Origin: Candidatus Poribacteria bacterium
Lineage (GTDB): Bacteria; Poribacteria; WGA-4E; PCPOR2b
Assembly (NCBI GenBank): GCA_965198175.1
Contig: OZ240245.1
Span: 3,040,001 to 3,104,000, forward strand
DNA length: 64,000 nucleotides
Direction: 5' to 3'
Below are positions 39,096 through 49,318 of this stretch, one piece after another. Each line of letters opens with the position of its first letter. Position 1 is the stretch's first letter. Made by a program: the position numbers and the translations under genes. Under the pieces are notes generated by a model. That model was not told the origin of the DNA. It saw only the letters and a program-made list of their open reading frames with translations, and did no database searches.

Positions 39096-39905
39096 ATGCT
39101 GACTCAAGAACAGATTCATCATTTTCGAACATTGGGCTTTGTCATGTGCAAGCGGATGCTGTCGCAAGAGGAGATTCAGGTACTTTCTGATGCTTTTGAC
39201 TCAGCAATGGAGAAGGCACGGGGAGGTGCACCAAAACCAAATCCCGGTGAGCCTAGGCAACAGGTTGTACCTTTCTTTGACTACGATCCCGGCACATTTT
39301 ACCCGCTGTTAGATGATGCTCGCATTGCAGACACCCTGGAACAACTGATGGGTGAGGACTTTATCCTTACTGTCAGCGAAGGAATTCTTCACACCGGTGG
39401 AAGCGGATGGCATCATGACGCCTGCGCGCCCGAAGGTCTCTTCAGCATGCGGGCGGCAATATATTTGGACCCACTTGGCCCCGAGGACGGCTGTCTCAAC
39501 GTTATCCCGGGAAGCCACAATAAGGAATATCAAGAAGCGATTGCTAGCAATATCAACAACGTGGGGGTAGGACCTGAAGATATACCAGGTCGATACCCGC
39601 TTGTCAATGAACCGGGGGACGTTCTCTTTATGAATCATAAGACGTTTCACTCCGCATTGAGCGATAAGCCCTGGCGACGCGCTATCCATATCAATTGTAC
39701 CCAAAATACGACACCGGAGAAGAGCTCCGAACAATTCGATTGGCTAATGGGTTTTCTCCAAGGGGAAACCAATGGATGGGGCCGATTTTATAGCGATCAT
39801 TTGATTCAGACAGCAGGTACTCGCCGCAAGAAGATGCTGGATCGTGCAATCGAACTAGGTTTTGGAAACACAGGGCGAATTACGCACCTACAGAATTTGC
39901 CCTAG
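39096..39905 (+). CDS. Phytanoyl-CoA dioxygenase (PhyH) family protein
   Basis: WHHD, GCLNVIPGSH, PGDVLFMNHKTFHS (HxD...H triad). Confidence 0.93.
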   Translation: MLTQEQIHHFRTLGFVMCKRMLSQEEIQVLSDAFDSAMEKARGGAPKPNPGEPRQQVVPFFDYDPGTFYPLLDDARIADTLEQLMGEDFILTVSEGILHTGGSGWHHDACAPEGLFSMRAAIYLDPLGPEDGCLNVIPGSHNKEYQEAIASNINNVGVGPEDIPGRYPLVNEPGDVLFMNHKTFHSALSDKPWRRAIHINCTQNTTPEKSSEQFDWLMGFLQGETNGWGRFYSDHLIQTAGTRRKKMLDRAIELGFGNTGRITHLQNLP

Positions 39906-40028
39906 GAAACTTCAACGCAACTGATGCTGCGATAGAATCAGTCGACGGTTGATGAAGCGGCTTCACAGTGAGTTGCATGAAATGCATCACATGCTTTTTT
40001 TTGGTGATTCAGAAGGGAGACCAGAACC

Positions 40029-40865
40029 GTGATAACAGAGGACGAAGTTATCCATTTTCAGACGCTGGGATTCTTACAGTGCCGGCAGCTGTTTTCACCT
40101 GAGGAGATTCAAGTGCTTTCGGACTCCTTTGATGCGGCAATGAGAAGGCAGCGTGGCGGAACGCCCGAACCAGAACTTCGCCAAGATGAACACGGCTATT
40201 CCGCGGTCAGCCAGGACGAGATTCCGTTCTTCGACACTGACCCGGATGCGTTTTACCCACTGCTGGAAGATGCACGCATCCTTGATGTCTTCGAACAACT
40301 GATGGGTAGCGATTTCATCATGGCTGCCCACAGCGCAGTAATCTATGGTGGCGGGACACCTTGGCATCATGACACCGTGGCGCCTGAAGGCTTCTTAAGT
40401 ATGCGGGCGGCGCTCTATCTCGACCCACTTGGACCCGAAGACGGTTGCCTCACGGTCATTCCAGGAAGCCATTTTAAGGAATTTCGAGATGCACTTGTCA
40501 AGACAGTAGGAAATTTCCAGCACACAAACCAGTTGGGAATTGATGCGGTGGAGTTGCCGGGTAAGTATCCGCTTGTGACCGAACCAGGGGACGTGATTTT
40601 CATGAATCACAAGTTATACCACGCCGCCTTTGACCCCAAGCTCGGCAGGCGGATACTCCGAATAACCTGTGTCCAGAATACAACGCCCGAAAAAAATCAA
40701 GAGCACTACGATTGGCTCGTTCAATACCTTAACGGTATTGCCGAGGGTCACGGCATAATCTACAGTGACCGTCTACTTTCAAGTGGAGGGCCTCGTTGTC
40801 AGGAGGTGATGGCGCGGGGGCTCGCACTGGGGTTCGGAACAGGCAATCTAATCCAATCACCATAG
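40029..40865 (+). CDS. Phytanoyl-CoA dioxygenase (PhyH) family protein, tandem paralogue
   Basis: WHHD, GCLTVIPGSH, PGDVIFMNHKLYHA; closely similar to 39096-39905. Confidence 0.93.
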   Translation: MITEDEVIHFQTLGFLQCRQLFSPEEIQVLSDSFDAAMRRQRGGTPEPELRQDEHGYSAVSQDEIPFFDTDPDAFYPLLEDARILDVFEQLMGSDFIMAAHSAVIYGGGTPWHHDTVAPEGFLSMRAALYLDPLGPEDGCLTVIPGSHFKEFRDALVKTVGNFQHTNQLGIDAVELPGKYPLVTEPGDVIFMNHKLYHAAFDPKLGRRILRITCVQNTTPEKNQEHYDWLVQYLNGIAEGHGIIYSDRLLSSGGPRCQEVMARGLALGFGTGNLIQSP

Positions 40866-40916
40866 TCAAATCTTAATCCTAGCCTTAGCTGTCCTTGATA
40901 CTAAAGAGGTGGAATC

Positions 40917-41891
40917 ATGAGAAGGAGAAAGGCGTTAATCACGGGTATTACAGGGCAGGATGGCTCCTACCTCGCTGAATTTCTGCTTTCCAAAGGGTAT
41001 GAGGTTCACGGTATAGTTAGGCGAGTGGCGCTTGAAGATCCTGAGCATAGACTCCGGAGAATACAACATATCCTTGACAAGTTAAATTTACACACAGCGT
41101 CTCTTGAGAGCTATGCAAGTTTATTTAGGGCGATTGAAGATTTGAAACCGGATGAGTGTTATCATCTTGCTGCTCAAAGCTTCGTCAGTTACTCCTTTGA
41201 AGACGAGTTCTCCACGATTAATACAAACATTAACGGAACCCATTATGTCTTGTCTGCCATCAAGGAAAATGTTCCTGAGTGTCGGTTCTATTTTGCTGCG
41301 TCTAGTGAAATGTTTGGAAAAGCTCAGGAGACTCCGCAAAATGAAGATACACGCTTTCATCCTCGTTCACCTTATGGCATCTCAAAGGTAGCCGGCTTTC
41401 ATTTGACGCGTAACTATCGAGAGGCGTATGATATCTTCGCCTGCAGTGGCATTCTGTTTAACCATGAATCCCCGCGGCGAGGCTACGAGTTTGTGACGAG
41501 AAAAATAACCAGCGTTGCAACTAAAATAAAGGGCGGACTTGCCACGGAATTACGGTTGGGCAATTTAGCTGCTAAGAGGGATTGGGGATACGCTGGAGAT
41601 TATGTTCGAGCGATGTGGCTTATGTTGCAGCAAGACTCGGCGGATGACTATGTCATCGCTACGGGTGAAACTCACTCCGTAAAAGACTTTGTAAGAACTT
41701 GCTTCGATTACGTCGATCTAAACTATGAAGACTACGTCGTTATTGATGAAAACCTATACCGTCCAGCGGAAGTGAATATTCTTCAAGGAGATTTTAGTAA
41801 AGCAGAACGAAAATTGGGCTGGAAGCCGACTGTTGGCTTTGAAGCACTGGTTGAGATGATGATTAAAGCGGACCTTGGTCAGTGCGTGTAA
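40917..41891 (+). CDS. gmd: GDP-mannose 4,6-dehydratase
   Basis: ALITGITGQDGSYLAE, SSEMFG, SPYGISK, FNHESPRRG...FVTRKI, KRDWGYAGDYV. Confidence 0.96.
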   Translation: MRRRKALITGITGQDGSYLAEFLLSKGYEVHGIVRRVALEDPEHRLRRIQHILDKLNLHTASLESYASLFRAIEDLKPDECYHLAAQSFVSYSFEDEFSTINTNINGTHYVLSAIKENVPECRFYFAASSEMFGKAQETPQNEDTRFHPRSPYGISKVAGFHLTRNYREAYDIFACSGILFNHESPRRGYEFVTRKITSVATKIKGGLATELRLGNLAAKRDWGYAGDYVRAMWLMLQQDSADDYVIATGETHSVKDFVRTCFDYVDLNYEDYVVIDENLYRPAEVNILQGDFSKAERKLGWKPTVGFEALVEMMIKADLGQCV

Positions 41892-42094
41892 GAGATGCGA
41901 GGACGAAACAGGAGAATACGTATCCAATTGCGCACAACTGCCGACTAAAGCAGAATATTTCTCACTCCAAACAGAACCCCAATCACACCGAACCTTGAGA
42001 AGCACGTTCATTGGGCGACATTTGGGCGTTGTACGCAACCGAAATAATTGTCATTTTCTTCATCTAAGACCCTTATAACCGATTATCTAGGTAA

Positions 42095-44059
42095 ATGGAC
42101 ATCGTTCGCGACTTATTCTTCAGGCGTCATCTATTTCGCGCCATGATTCTTCTAATCATCATACCCCAGGTTATCGGCGTGATAGGATGTACGAGGAATC
42201 AACAACGGAAGTTGGGACGGTGGAAGATTATTCGCCACGCCGATTGGGAGACGCGGTTCTATGATGTTTTTTTTATTGATGAGAAATCAGGGTGGGCTGT
42301 CGGCAATAACGAAGGTAATACAATTGATGAAGAATTCGATAGCGTAATCGCGCACACGATGGATGGCGGCGAAACGTGGAAACCGCAAACGAGTAAAACG
42401 CAGCATCCGTTACGCTCTGTTCAATTTGTTGACCGGCAGACAGGTTGGATTGCCGGTGAAAACGGGGTGATTTTACACACAAGCGATGGCGGGAAGACCT
42501 GGCAGGTTCAGGTGTCCAATACATTCAATAACCTTTTTGATCTCCACTTTTTCTCAGCGCACGAGGGCTGGGCGGTGGGCGACTTCGGAACCGCGCTGTA
42601 CACACGAAATGGCGGAAAAACGTGGGAGAATCAGGCGCAGGGGCTTGGCGAAAGCTCGCTGCGAGGGCTTCATTTTCTAGACTCTCAGCACGGGTGGACG
42701 GTAAGCTATGAAGGTCTGACATACCGTACCAACGATGGCGGGAAGTTTTGGAAATACCAAGAAACAGGAATCCGTTATAGGTTGTCTGATGTTTATTTTG
42801 TCAATCCCAGTAGAGGATGGATTATTGGCGACAGACGTACAATACTTGCAACAACGGATGGCGGGAAAACTTGGAAGTATCTCACACAAGGTTCAAACAG
42901 GCGACATGAAACGATCTATGGTCAAAGATTGAAGACAGGAGATGAACCCTTACACAACTACACGCTTTATGATTTCTGCTTTACTGATTCACAGCACGGC
43001 TGGATTGCCGGAGATTTAGGTGCGATCTTGCACACAAATGACGGAGGTAACAGATGGAACCATCAAAGAGGAGGTCCAACGCCCCATATTGGAGGTGATA
43101 GTGTTTTGTTCAGCGTCCATTTCGTCAATAACCAAACTGGATGGGCTGTCGGCGAATTTGGAACAATCCTCCACACGAAGAACGGAGGCAAAACGTGGAA
43201 ACTTCAGGCTTTACAAAGCTATTTCTTGGCGGACGTGCATTTTGTCACCGATAAGATTGGATATGGCGTTGGCGATCGCGGGGTAGTTCTTCACACAAGA
43301 GACGGTGGCAGACATTGGAATCCGCAAGACAGCCGGACGATGGAATGTTTTGGCTCAACCCATTTCATTGATGACCAGCTTGGATGGGCGGTTGCTGAGT
43401 GGGGAACAATCATTCATACCAGCGATGGCGGCAAAACATGGGCTCTACAGGAGGCAGGATCAACGAACGACCTTTTGGGAGTCTTTTTTATTGATGAACA
43501 AAAGGGCTGGGTTGTTGGGGAAAGCGGAGAAATTTTACACACTACAAACGGCGGTAAGAGATGGGAACGACAACAGAGCAGTGTCAATCGTCATCTCTTT
43601 GGTATTCACTTCGTCGATTCTCGGAATGGTTGGATAGTCGGTCAAGGCGGTGTTATCCTCCATACAAGAGATGGGGGAGAGCAATGGTCTTTGCAAACGA
43701 ATCTCGGTGAGGTATGGTTGCTAGGGGTCCATTTCACCAGTCAATTCAATGGGTGGGTTGTTGGCGTCGCCGGGTTGATTATGCACACTACAGATGGCGG
43801 CAACTCTTGGATGCGCCAAAAGACCTATGTTGAGGCTTCACTGAACGATGTTTTCTTTCTCAATTTTAAAGAAGGTTGGGCCGTTGGCGGAGAAGGAGTC
43901 ATCCTTCGCACGATTGACGGCGGGGCAAACTGGCGTCCGCAATGGAGCGAAACTCGCCATAATCTTAATTCGATCTACATGACTAGCGCTGAAGACGGCT
44001 GGATTGTTGGCGATCGGGGAGTAATTTTGAAATATGCCGTTGATAAGGTGAGCCGCTAG
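42095..44059 (+). CDS. YCF48-like / BNR (Asp-box) repeat beta-propeller protein, probable lipoprotein
   Basis: Many repeats of (F/V)xDxxxGWxVGxxGxILxTxDGGxxW; lipobox-like VIGC. Confidence 0.92.
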   Translation: MDIVRDLFFRRHLFRAMILLIIIPQVIGVIGCTRNQQRKLGRWKIIRHADWETRFYDVFFIDEKSGWAVGNNEGNTIDEEFDSVIAHTMDGGETWKPQTSKTQHPLRSVQFVDRQTGWIAGENGVILHTSDGGKTWQVQVSNTFNNLFDLHFFSAHEGWAVGDFGTALYTRNGGKTWENQAQGLGESSLRGLHFLDSQHGWTVSYEGLTYRTNDGGKFWKYQETGIRYRLSDVYFVNPSRGWIIGDRRTILATTDGGKTWKYLTQGSNRRHETIYGQRLKTGDEPLHNYTLYDFCFTDSQHGWIAGDLGAILHTNDGGNRWNHQRGGPTPHIGGDSVLFSVHFVNNQTGWAVGEFGTILHTKNGGKTWKLQALQSYFLADVHFVTDKIGYGVGDRGVVLHTRDGGRHWNPQDSRTMECFGSTHFIDDQLGWAVAEWGTIIHTSDGGKTWALQEAGSTNDLLGVFFIDEQKGWVVGESGEILHTTNGGKRWERQQSSVNRHLFGIHFVDSRNGWIVGQGGVILHTRDGGEQWSLQTNLGEVWLLGVHFTSQFNGWVVGVAGLIMHTTDGGNSWMRQKTYVEASLNDVFFLNFKEGWAVGGEGVILRTIDGGANWRPQWSETRHNLNSIYMTSAEDGWIVGDRGVILKYAVDKVSR

Positions 44060-44216
44060 CATACATTCTTCACAAAAGATCTCTTTCTAGTCCAATTCCC
44101 AAAAAAATTCAACAATTGCTCCGTGTCGAGGTAATATATTAACACCGTCAGCACCCCGACTAAGAGGCGGCAGTTGGAATGATTTTCTGGAAGGGTAAAG
44201 CGTAGGAGAATACCTA

Positions 44217-45020
44217 ATGATTGAGAGATGGATAAAGAAATTAGGTGATTCAGATTTGAGGGTCCGTGTTTACGCTGCGAGTGTCTTAAGCAGCGTGATT
44301 GATACCCCTGGAGCGAAAAACGCATTGATAAGGGAAGTCCCAGCATTGATACAGGCTCTGGATAGTCCGGATGAGAGCGTTCGTCTAAATGCGCTTATCA
44401 CCTTGAGCGAGATGGGTGAATTCGCTAAAGATGCAGTTCCCGCATTAACCGTGGCGTTAAGCGACAGGGACAAGGACATTTGCACGTATGCGGCAAGAAC
44501 ACTGAAAAATATAGGCAAACCGGCTAAACAAGCAGTTGCAGCCTTAATCAAGATTTTGGGTGATGGGGCTTCTGCGGTGCGCGTAAATGCTATAGGCGCG
44601 CTTGGTCAAATCGGCGATAGTGCTGCAGTTCCCGCGTTGGTGGCAGCATTGGGTGATGTGGATGAGGGAGTTCGTATGAATGCTGCCGATGCCTTGTACA
44701 AAATTGGCGACACTACCACAGTCTTCGCATTGATACAGGCATTAAGCGATTCGGATGAGCATGTCCGTATGAATGCGGCGGGTGCCTTGGGTAAGATTGG
44801 TGAGTCCGCCGCAGTTCCCGCATTGGCACAAGCACTGCAAGATGAGCATCATTGGGTGCGTTGGAATGCTGCCAATGCTCTAGGACAGATTGGTGACGCT
44901 ACCGCGGTTCCGGAATTGACGATCGCGTTGAGAGATACAGTTGATGAGGTTCGCAAAGGTGTGACTGAAGCCTTGTGTAAGATTGGAACACCTGAAGCGA
45001 ACGCAACATTACCAGATTAA
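44217..45020 (+). CDS. HEAT (PBS-lyase-type) repeat protein
   Basis: Repeats of AVPALxxALxDxxxxVRxNAAxALGxIG; AGGAG RBS. Confidence 0.92.
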   Translation: MIERWIKKLGDSDLRVRVYAASVLSSVIDTPGAKNALIREVPALIQALDSPDESVRLNALITLSEMGEFAKDAVPALTVALSDRDKDICTYAARTLKNIGKPAKQAVAALIKILGDGASAVRVNAIGALGQIGDSAAVPALVAALGDVDEGVRMNAADALYKIGDTTTVFALIQALSDSDEHVRMNAAGALGKIGESAAVPALAQALQDEHHWVRWNAANALGQIGDATAVPELTIALRDTVDEVRKGVTEALCKIGTPEANATLPD

Positions 45021-45091
45021 TGAGATGTAGAACCCTGTAATTTACGGGGGATTAGGTCACATACCAATTTTGCAGCATAGCACTGGTGATA

Positions 45092-48000
45092 CTATTTAAT
45101 CACTGCAATCTTCCCAATCTTTTTCAGATTCTCAAATTCCATTGCGTAGATATAAAGCCCGGTTGTTACTTCTGAGTGTCCATCACTCAAAAGAAACCAC
45201 TCCTTTCGTCCACGATCCCTTTCTGTTACCGTCAATTTTTCGAGCAAATCTCCGTTTACGTTATAAATCCCAATCTCTGTCCCCGTAGGGACGCGATCAA
45301 ATGTGACCGTGTTCTTATGAAACTCGTTCGGATGAATGGGATTCGGATACACAATCGCACGTGTGAAATCATTTAGGTTGGTAAGATCGGCTTCGAGTGG
45401 AATCTCAATCGCCCGCGTTATTGCTCGCAAATCAATTCGGTTCCGATCGATGTCCTGCACCTCCCCGTCGACGGAAATCTCATAGGTGCGTCCGGGGATT
45501 AGGTCCTCATCTCGAAATGTAAGGATGGTTCGCCTCCCCATTCGATCCCTGATGGCAGAGAGCGGACGAACGCCGACCAGTTCGTCCGGCTCGCGCAACT
45601 GATAGCGATTTTCATTACCAGCCGACGGTCCCATTCGTTTATCAAAAACAACCACCACCTGATTCAATTGAATATATTTAGCGTCAATCAGCTTCGGGGA
45701 AGTGCGGGGCGTAACTGAAACTGCCTCAGTCCAATCTGTTTCAACTCCCGCTTCATTCGTCGCCGCGACCGCGTACCAATAGGTTGTGTCCTTCGTTACT
45801 TTTCGATCGAGAAAACCGGGGCGATCCAAATCTTGGCCAATCGCTGTAAACGCAGAGGACGGAGGCGAGGTTGAATCTTGTGCTGTTGATGTGCCGACTG
45901 CCCGATACACAGTGAAGCGCTCGGCGTCCCCTGGTGCTTGCCAATCCACTCGGACCACGCGTTCAGTAAGCGGATTAGCTGATAAACCCCACGGCTGAAT
46001 ATCAACTACGGCGTTTGGATTGCCAGCGCGCACATGCTCAAACACTAATAGATTTTCTTGATTGTTGAAATAAAACTCACTGAATCCGTTGTGATTTAGG
46101 TCAGCGAGAAAGAGACAGGGTGTTTCTCCAGCGTTGTGGTGCCAGATTGGGGTTAATGTGAGAACCGCCCTGCTCTCATTTGCGGGGAGAGGACGAGCTC
46201 CCTTTCCTGTTTCCGTAGTAGATTGAGAGCGGAGTTTGAGCACATAGATGCTCGGATTCGCTACAAGCACCATCTCATTCTCCGAATCTCCGTCAACATC
46301 GCCGATGGCAATGCTGTTTCCCTTAAAGTAGAACGGAGCAATTTCCTGTGAGGCTATCGATTTGTAGAGTGAAGTGCCATTTTGACTTGATGTTGATAAG
46401 ATATTAACAGGAGGGAACGCGGTAAAAACACGGAAATCCCAGTTTAATGGCACCGAAGGAAGATCCCCCTGCGATACGGCTCCACCGACGACGAACTCAG
46501 GAATCTTGTCGCCGGTAAGATCGCCTGCCGCAAGCAGATGTGCATCCTTGACATCTATCTTATCTCTCCACGTTTCAACCAGCAGGTCATTCCCCACGGA
46601 TTCGTAGACAAATAACTCGCCTTCGCTGTCCCCCACCATCAATTCCATGCTGCCATTGTTATTGAAATCGCCAATAGCAAACCGCTCCCCAAAAGCATTC
46701 GTTCCACTAGTCATGTTCTCAATGCTGATAACTTCTTCATAGGCGTCGTTTCCGCGATTTTCAAAGATGAGAATCCGATTGTTGTTGTTGTCGGGTCCAA
46801 TTATCTCTTTTCGTCCATCGCCATCAAGGTCTGCAATCTGTCCTGACGAGATAAAAGAGGATTCCCAGATTATCTTTTCCGGATAACCATTGCGTTTTGT
46901 ACTCTCAATCAGGAATGTACCTTCCTTTGTGCTGCTCAAAATTTCCAAAAGTCCATCTCCATCGGTATCACCAACCTCCCATGGTTTGAAATTGATACTG
47001 CTGGTATGTTGAAGTTGATATGCACTTGGTGAAGATCGCTCGTAGATTTCAACCCCGGTAAGGGTTTGATCGCTCAAACTCTCCAATGGAATTCCGATGA
47101 TTTCAAATTGACCATCCCGATCGAAATCCGCTGGGATGGAAGCAAGGTGCATCGCAGAAAGATTGGAAGACGTTTGGATGAAGCCATTCGGTGAAATAGT
47201 TCCCCCAATGACTCCGGTGCTGTAGAATTTCCCATTATTGTTGTCAACAGTCTCTAGTCCTGCGGGGTTGCGTGAGGTGATGAAGAAGTCATAACTCCCC
47301 GCACTGAGCGGGATTGAAAAGAAATGTTCCCTGCTTGCCGAGTTTTCCTCAATCGGTGAGAACGGAGCGAGTCCTTGACGTGCCCGCTGGCTCAATGTGT
47401 TGATTGTAAAGTCATCCGTCGACCAAGTGACGACCGTGACAAAACTGTCCCTAGAAACCAACTCTCGCACTTTCACATTCTGAACTTGAGGGGCAGTCCG
47501 GTCCACGGACAAGACAACTTCATCGCGCGCAGTTTTCTCATCGCTCCCAACAACTTCGAGGCGAACAGTATATATGCCTTCTGGCACTGAGGCAGTATTC
47601 CACTCGAGTAACCTTTCGCCCGACTTTTGCTGACGGCTTGGTGTATTGATGGGAATGAATGTTTCCGGAGTCCTTGATTCTCCATACATCAACTGCCATG
47701 TCGAAAACCGAAATCCGGCGGCAGTCCCAATAATCTCGATTCTATCCGATCCACCACTGTTAGTCTCCGGCGAAAAAATTCGTCCCTGTAGCGAACCACT
47801 TGCCATCAACGCCCGCTCTGCATTCAGATGTCCGGTACCAACGAGCTCCGGGCTTTCCGTGATCGAATCAGTTGTGGCGATGAGGATGTTGCGAACTTCC
47901 TCATGCGTCAGACTTGGACGCTTCGACATAACCAATGCAGCTACTCCGCACACATGTGGTGTAGCCATCGATGTGCCGGTGAGGAGACGGTATTTATTGT

Positions 48001-49282
48001 TTATCTGGGTACTTAATATAACGTTACCTGGCGCACCGATATCAATGGACGCACCAAAATTGGATTGATAAAACCTCCTTTTGTTCTGGTCGGTTGCGGC
48101 GACAGCAATCACTTTGCGATAGCCTGCCGGGAAAATCACCTGATTTTGAAAGTCATTTCCCGCTGCAGCAACAAGAAGCACACCTCGTGCGTAGGCATAA
48201 TCAATTACATCCCGAATTACAAACGAACTTGAAGTGCTACCCCAGCTCATGTTGATAATCCTGGCGCCGTTATCAACAGCGTAGACAATTGCCGCCGAAG
48301 AATCATCGTCCTGCAGACTTGAGGCTCCTCCGATAGAGTGTCCGGTACGAACAGCCATCAACTTACAATTCCAAGCCACGCCGGCGATACCAATCCCGTT
48401 GTCTACTGACGCGCCGGCAATGCCGGCGACGTGTGTGCCGTGTCCTGATTCATCAATCGGGTCGTTATCGCCTTCCACGAAATCACCTTCAGCCGCTACG
48501 TTCGGCGCATCAGTAAAATCCCATCCTCGTACATCGTCAATGTAGCCGTTGTTATCGTCGTCCAAGCCATTTTCGGTAATTTCGTCAAGATTGACCCAAA
48601 TTTGCGAGGCAAGATCCTCGTGTTGATAATCAATACCAGAGTCCACCACTGCAATGATTATACTCGGATCGCCCTTCTCGATTAACCACGCCTCGGGCAT
48701 ATTGATGAGCAGAAGATTCCACTGGTCGTCAATCTGCGGATCGCTTGGAAGAGGTACGGATTCTTGTGTTGGTCGGAGATAGTTGAATGCAACCGCCTCA
48801 ATCAGCGGAGATGCGGCATACGCAGTTTTTAACGTAAGTAGATTTGCCGAAACTGGAAAACGCAAAAGATAAACACGTTCAAGATTGGGATTAAATTCCG
48901 GATAAGCAATATAAGGAAATACCCGGTGAAAGGACTGGACTCCCATCTGATTGTGGAGTTTATGTATTGGCGCTTTGGCGTGCAGCAGGTCTGCTTCCCT
49001 CTGCGCTTCAGGTGTCACGCGAATTAGGAGTTCCCCAGGCGTGATTCCCGGATTATGCTCAGTCGGAAATGGGGATTCACGTTGTGCGCCGACAGCCGCT
49101 GGGATGGGTTGGAAAAAAATAAAAATTCCCACAAAGAACATTAACGCGAGGGATTTCCACACAGAATCCGGTAACGTGTTAACGAGGAAGGTACGTTGAC
49201 GATTCAACTTAAATTCCCCCTGTGATGTTGTTAATCTCATCGCCGCGCGCTTATGATTTAAATCCATAGTATGAGATGACAT
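45092..49282 (-). CDS. Secreted S8 (subtilisin-like) serine protease with FG-GAP repeats, FN3/Ig-like domains and a T9SS/FlgD-like C-terminal domain
   Basis: Catalytic VDSG, HGTHVAG and GTSMATPHV; DxDxDG repeats; C-terminal VYPNP...IYNVNG...GLYIY...KIAVIK. True start may be downstream. Confidence 0.93.
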   Translation of the reverse strand: MSSHTMDLNHKRAAMRLTTSQGEFKLNRQRTFLVNTLPDSVWKSLALMFFVGIFIFFQPIPAAVGAQRESPFPTEHNPGITPGELLIRVTPEAQREADLLHAKAPIHKLHNQMGVQSFHRVFPYIAYPEFNPNLERVYLLRFPVSANLLTLKTAYAASPLIEAVAFNYLRPTQESVPLPSDPQIDDQWNLLLINMPEAWLIEKGDPSIIIAVVDSGIDYQHEDLASQIWVNLDEITENGLDDDNNGYIDDVRGWDFTDAPNVAAEGDFVEGDNDPIDESGHGTHVAGIAGASVDNGIGIAGVAWNCKLMAVRTGHSIGGASSLQDDDSSAAIVYAVDNGARIINMSWGSTSSSFVIRDVIDYAYARGVLLVAAAGNDFQNQVIFPAGYRKVIAVAATDQNKRRFYQSNFGASIDIGAPGNVILSTQINNKYRLLTGTSMATPHVCGVAALVMSKRPSLTHEEVRNILIATTDSITESPELVGTGHLNAERALMASGSLQGRIFSPETNSGGSDRIEIIGTAAGFRFSTWQLMYGESRTPETFIPINTPSRQQKSGERLLEWNTASVPEGIYTVRLEVVGSDEKTARDEVVLSVDRTAPQVQNVKVRELVSRDSFVTVVTWSTDDFTINTLSQRARQGLAPFSPIEENSASREHFFSIPLSAGSYDFFITSRNPAGLETVDNNNGKFYSTGVIGGTISPNGFIQTSSNLSAMHLASIPADFDRDGQFEIIGIPLESLSDQTLTGVEIYERSSPSAYQLQHTSSINFKPWEVGDTDGDGLLEILSSTKEGTFLIESTKRNGYPEKIIWESSFISSGQIADLDGDGRKEIIGPDNNNNRILIFENRGNDAYEEVISIENMTSGTNAFGERFAIGDFNNNGSMELMVGDSEGELFVYESVGNDLLVETWRDKIDVKDAHLLAAGDLTGDKIPEFVVGGAVSQGDLPSVPLNWDFRVFTAFPPVNILSTSSQNGTSLYKSIASQEIAPFYFKGNSIAIGDVDGDSENEMVLVANPSIYVLKLRSQSTTETGKGARPLPANESRAVLTLTPIWHHNAGETPCLFLADLNHNGFSEFYFNNQENLLVFEHVRAGNPNAVVDIQPWGLSANPLTERVVRVDWQAPGDAERFTVYRAVGTSTAQDSTSPPSSAFTAIGQDLDRPGFLDRKVTKDTTYWYAVAATNEAGVETDWTEAVSVTPRTSPKLIDAKYIQLNQVVVVFDKRMGPSAGNENRYQLREPDELVGVRPLSAIRDRMGRRTILTFRDEDLIPGRTYEISVDGEVQDIDRNRIDLRAITRAIEIPLEADLTNLNDFTRAIVYPNPIHPNEFHKNTVTFDRVPTGTEIGIYNVNGDLLEKLTVTERDRGRKEWFLLSDGHSEVTTGLYIYAMEFENLKKIGKIAVIK

Positions 49283-49318
49283 TCTGCGTTACACATTGGA
49301 GACTAACTCTGCAAAGAT

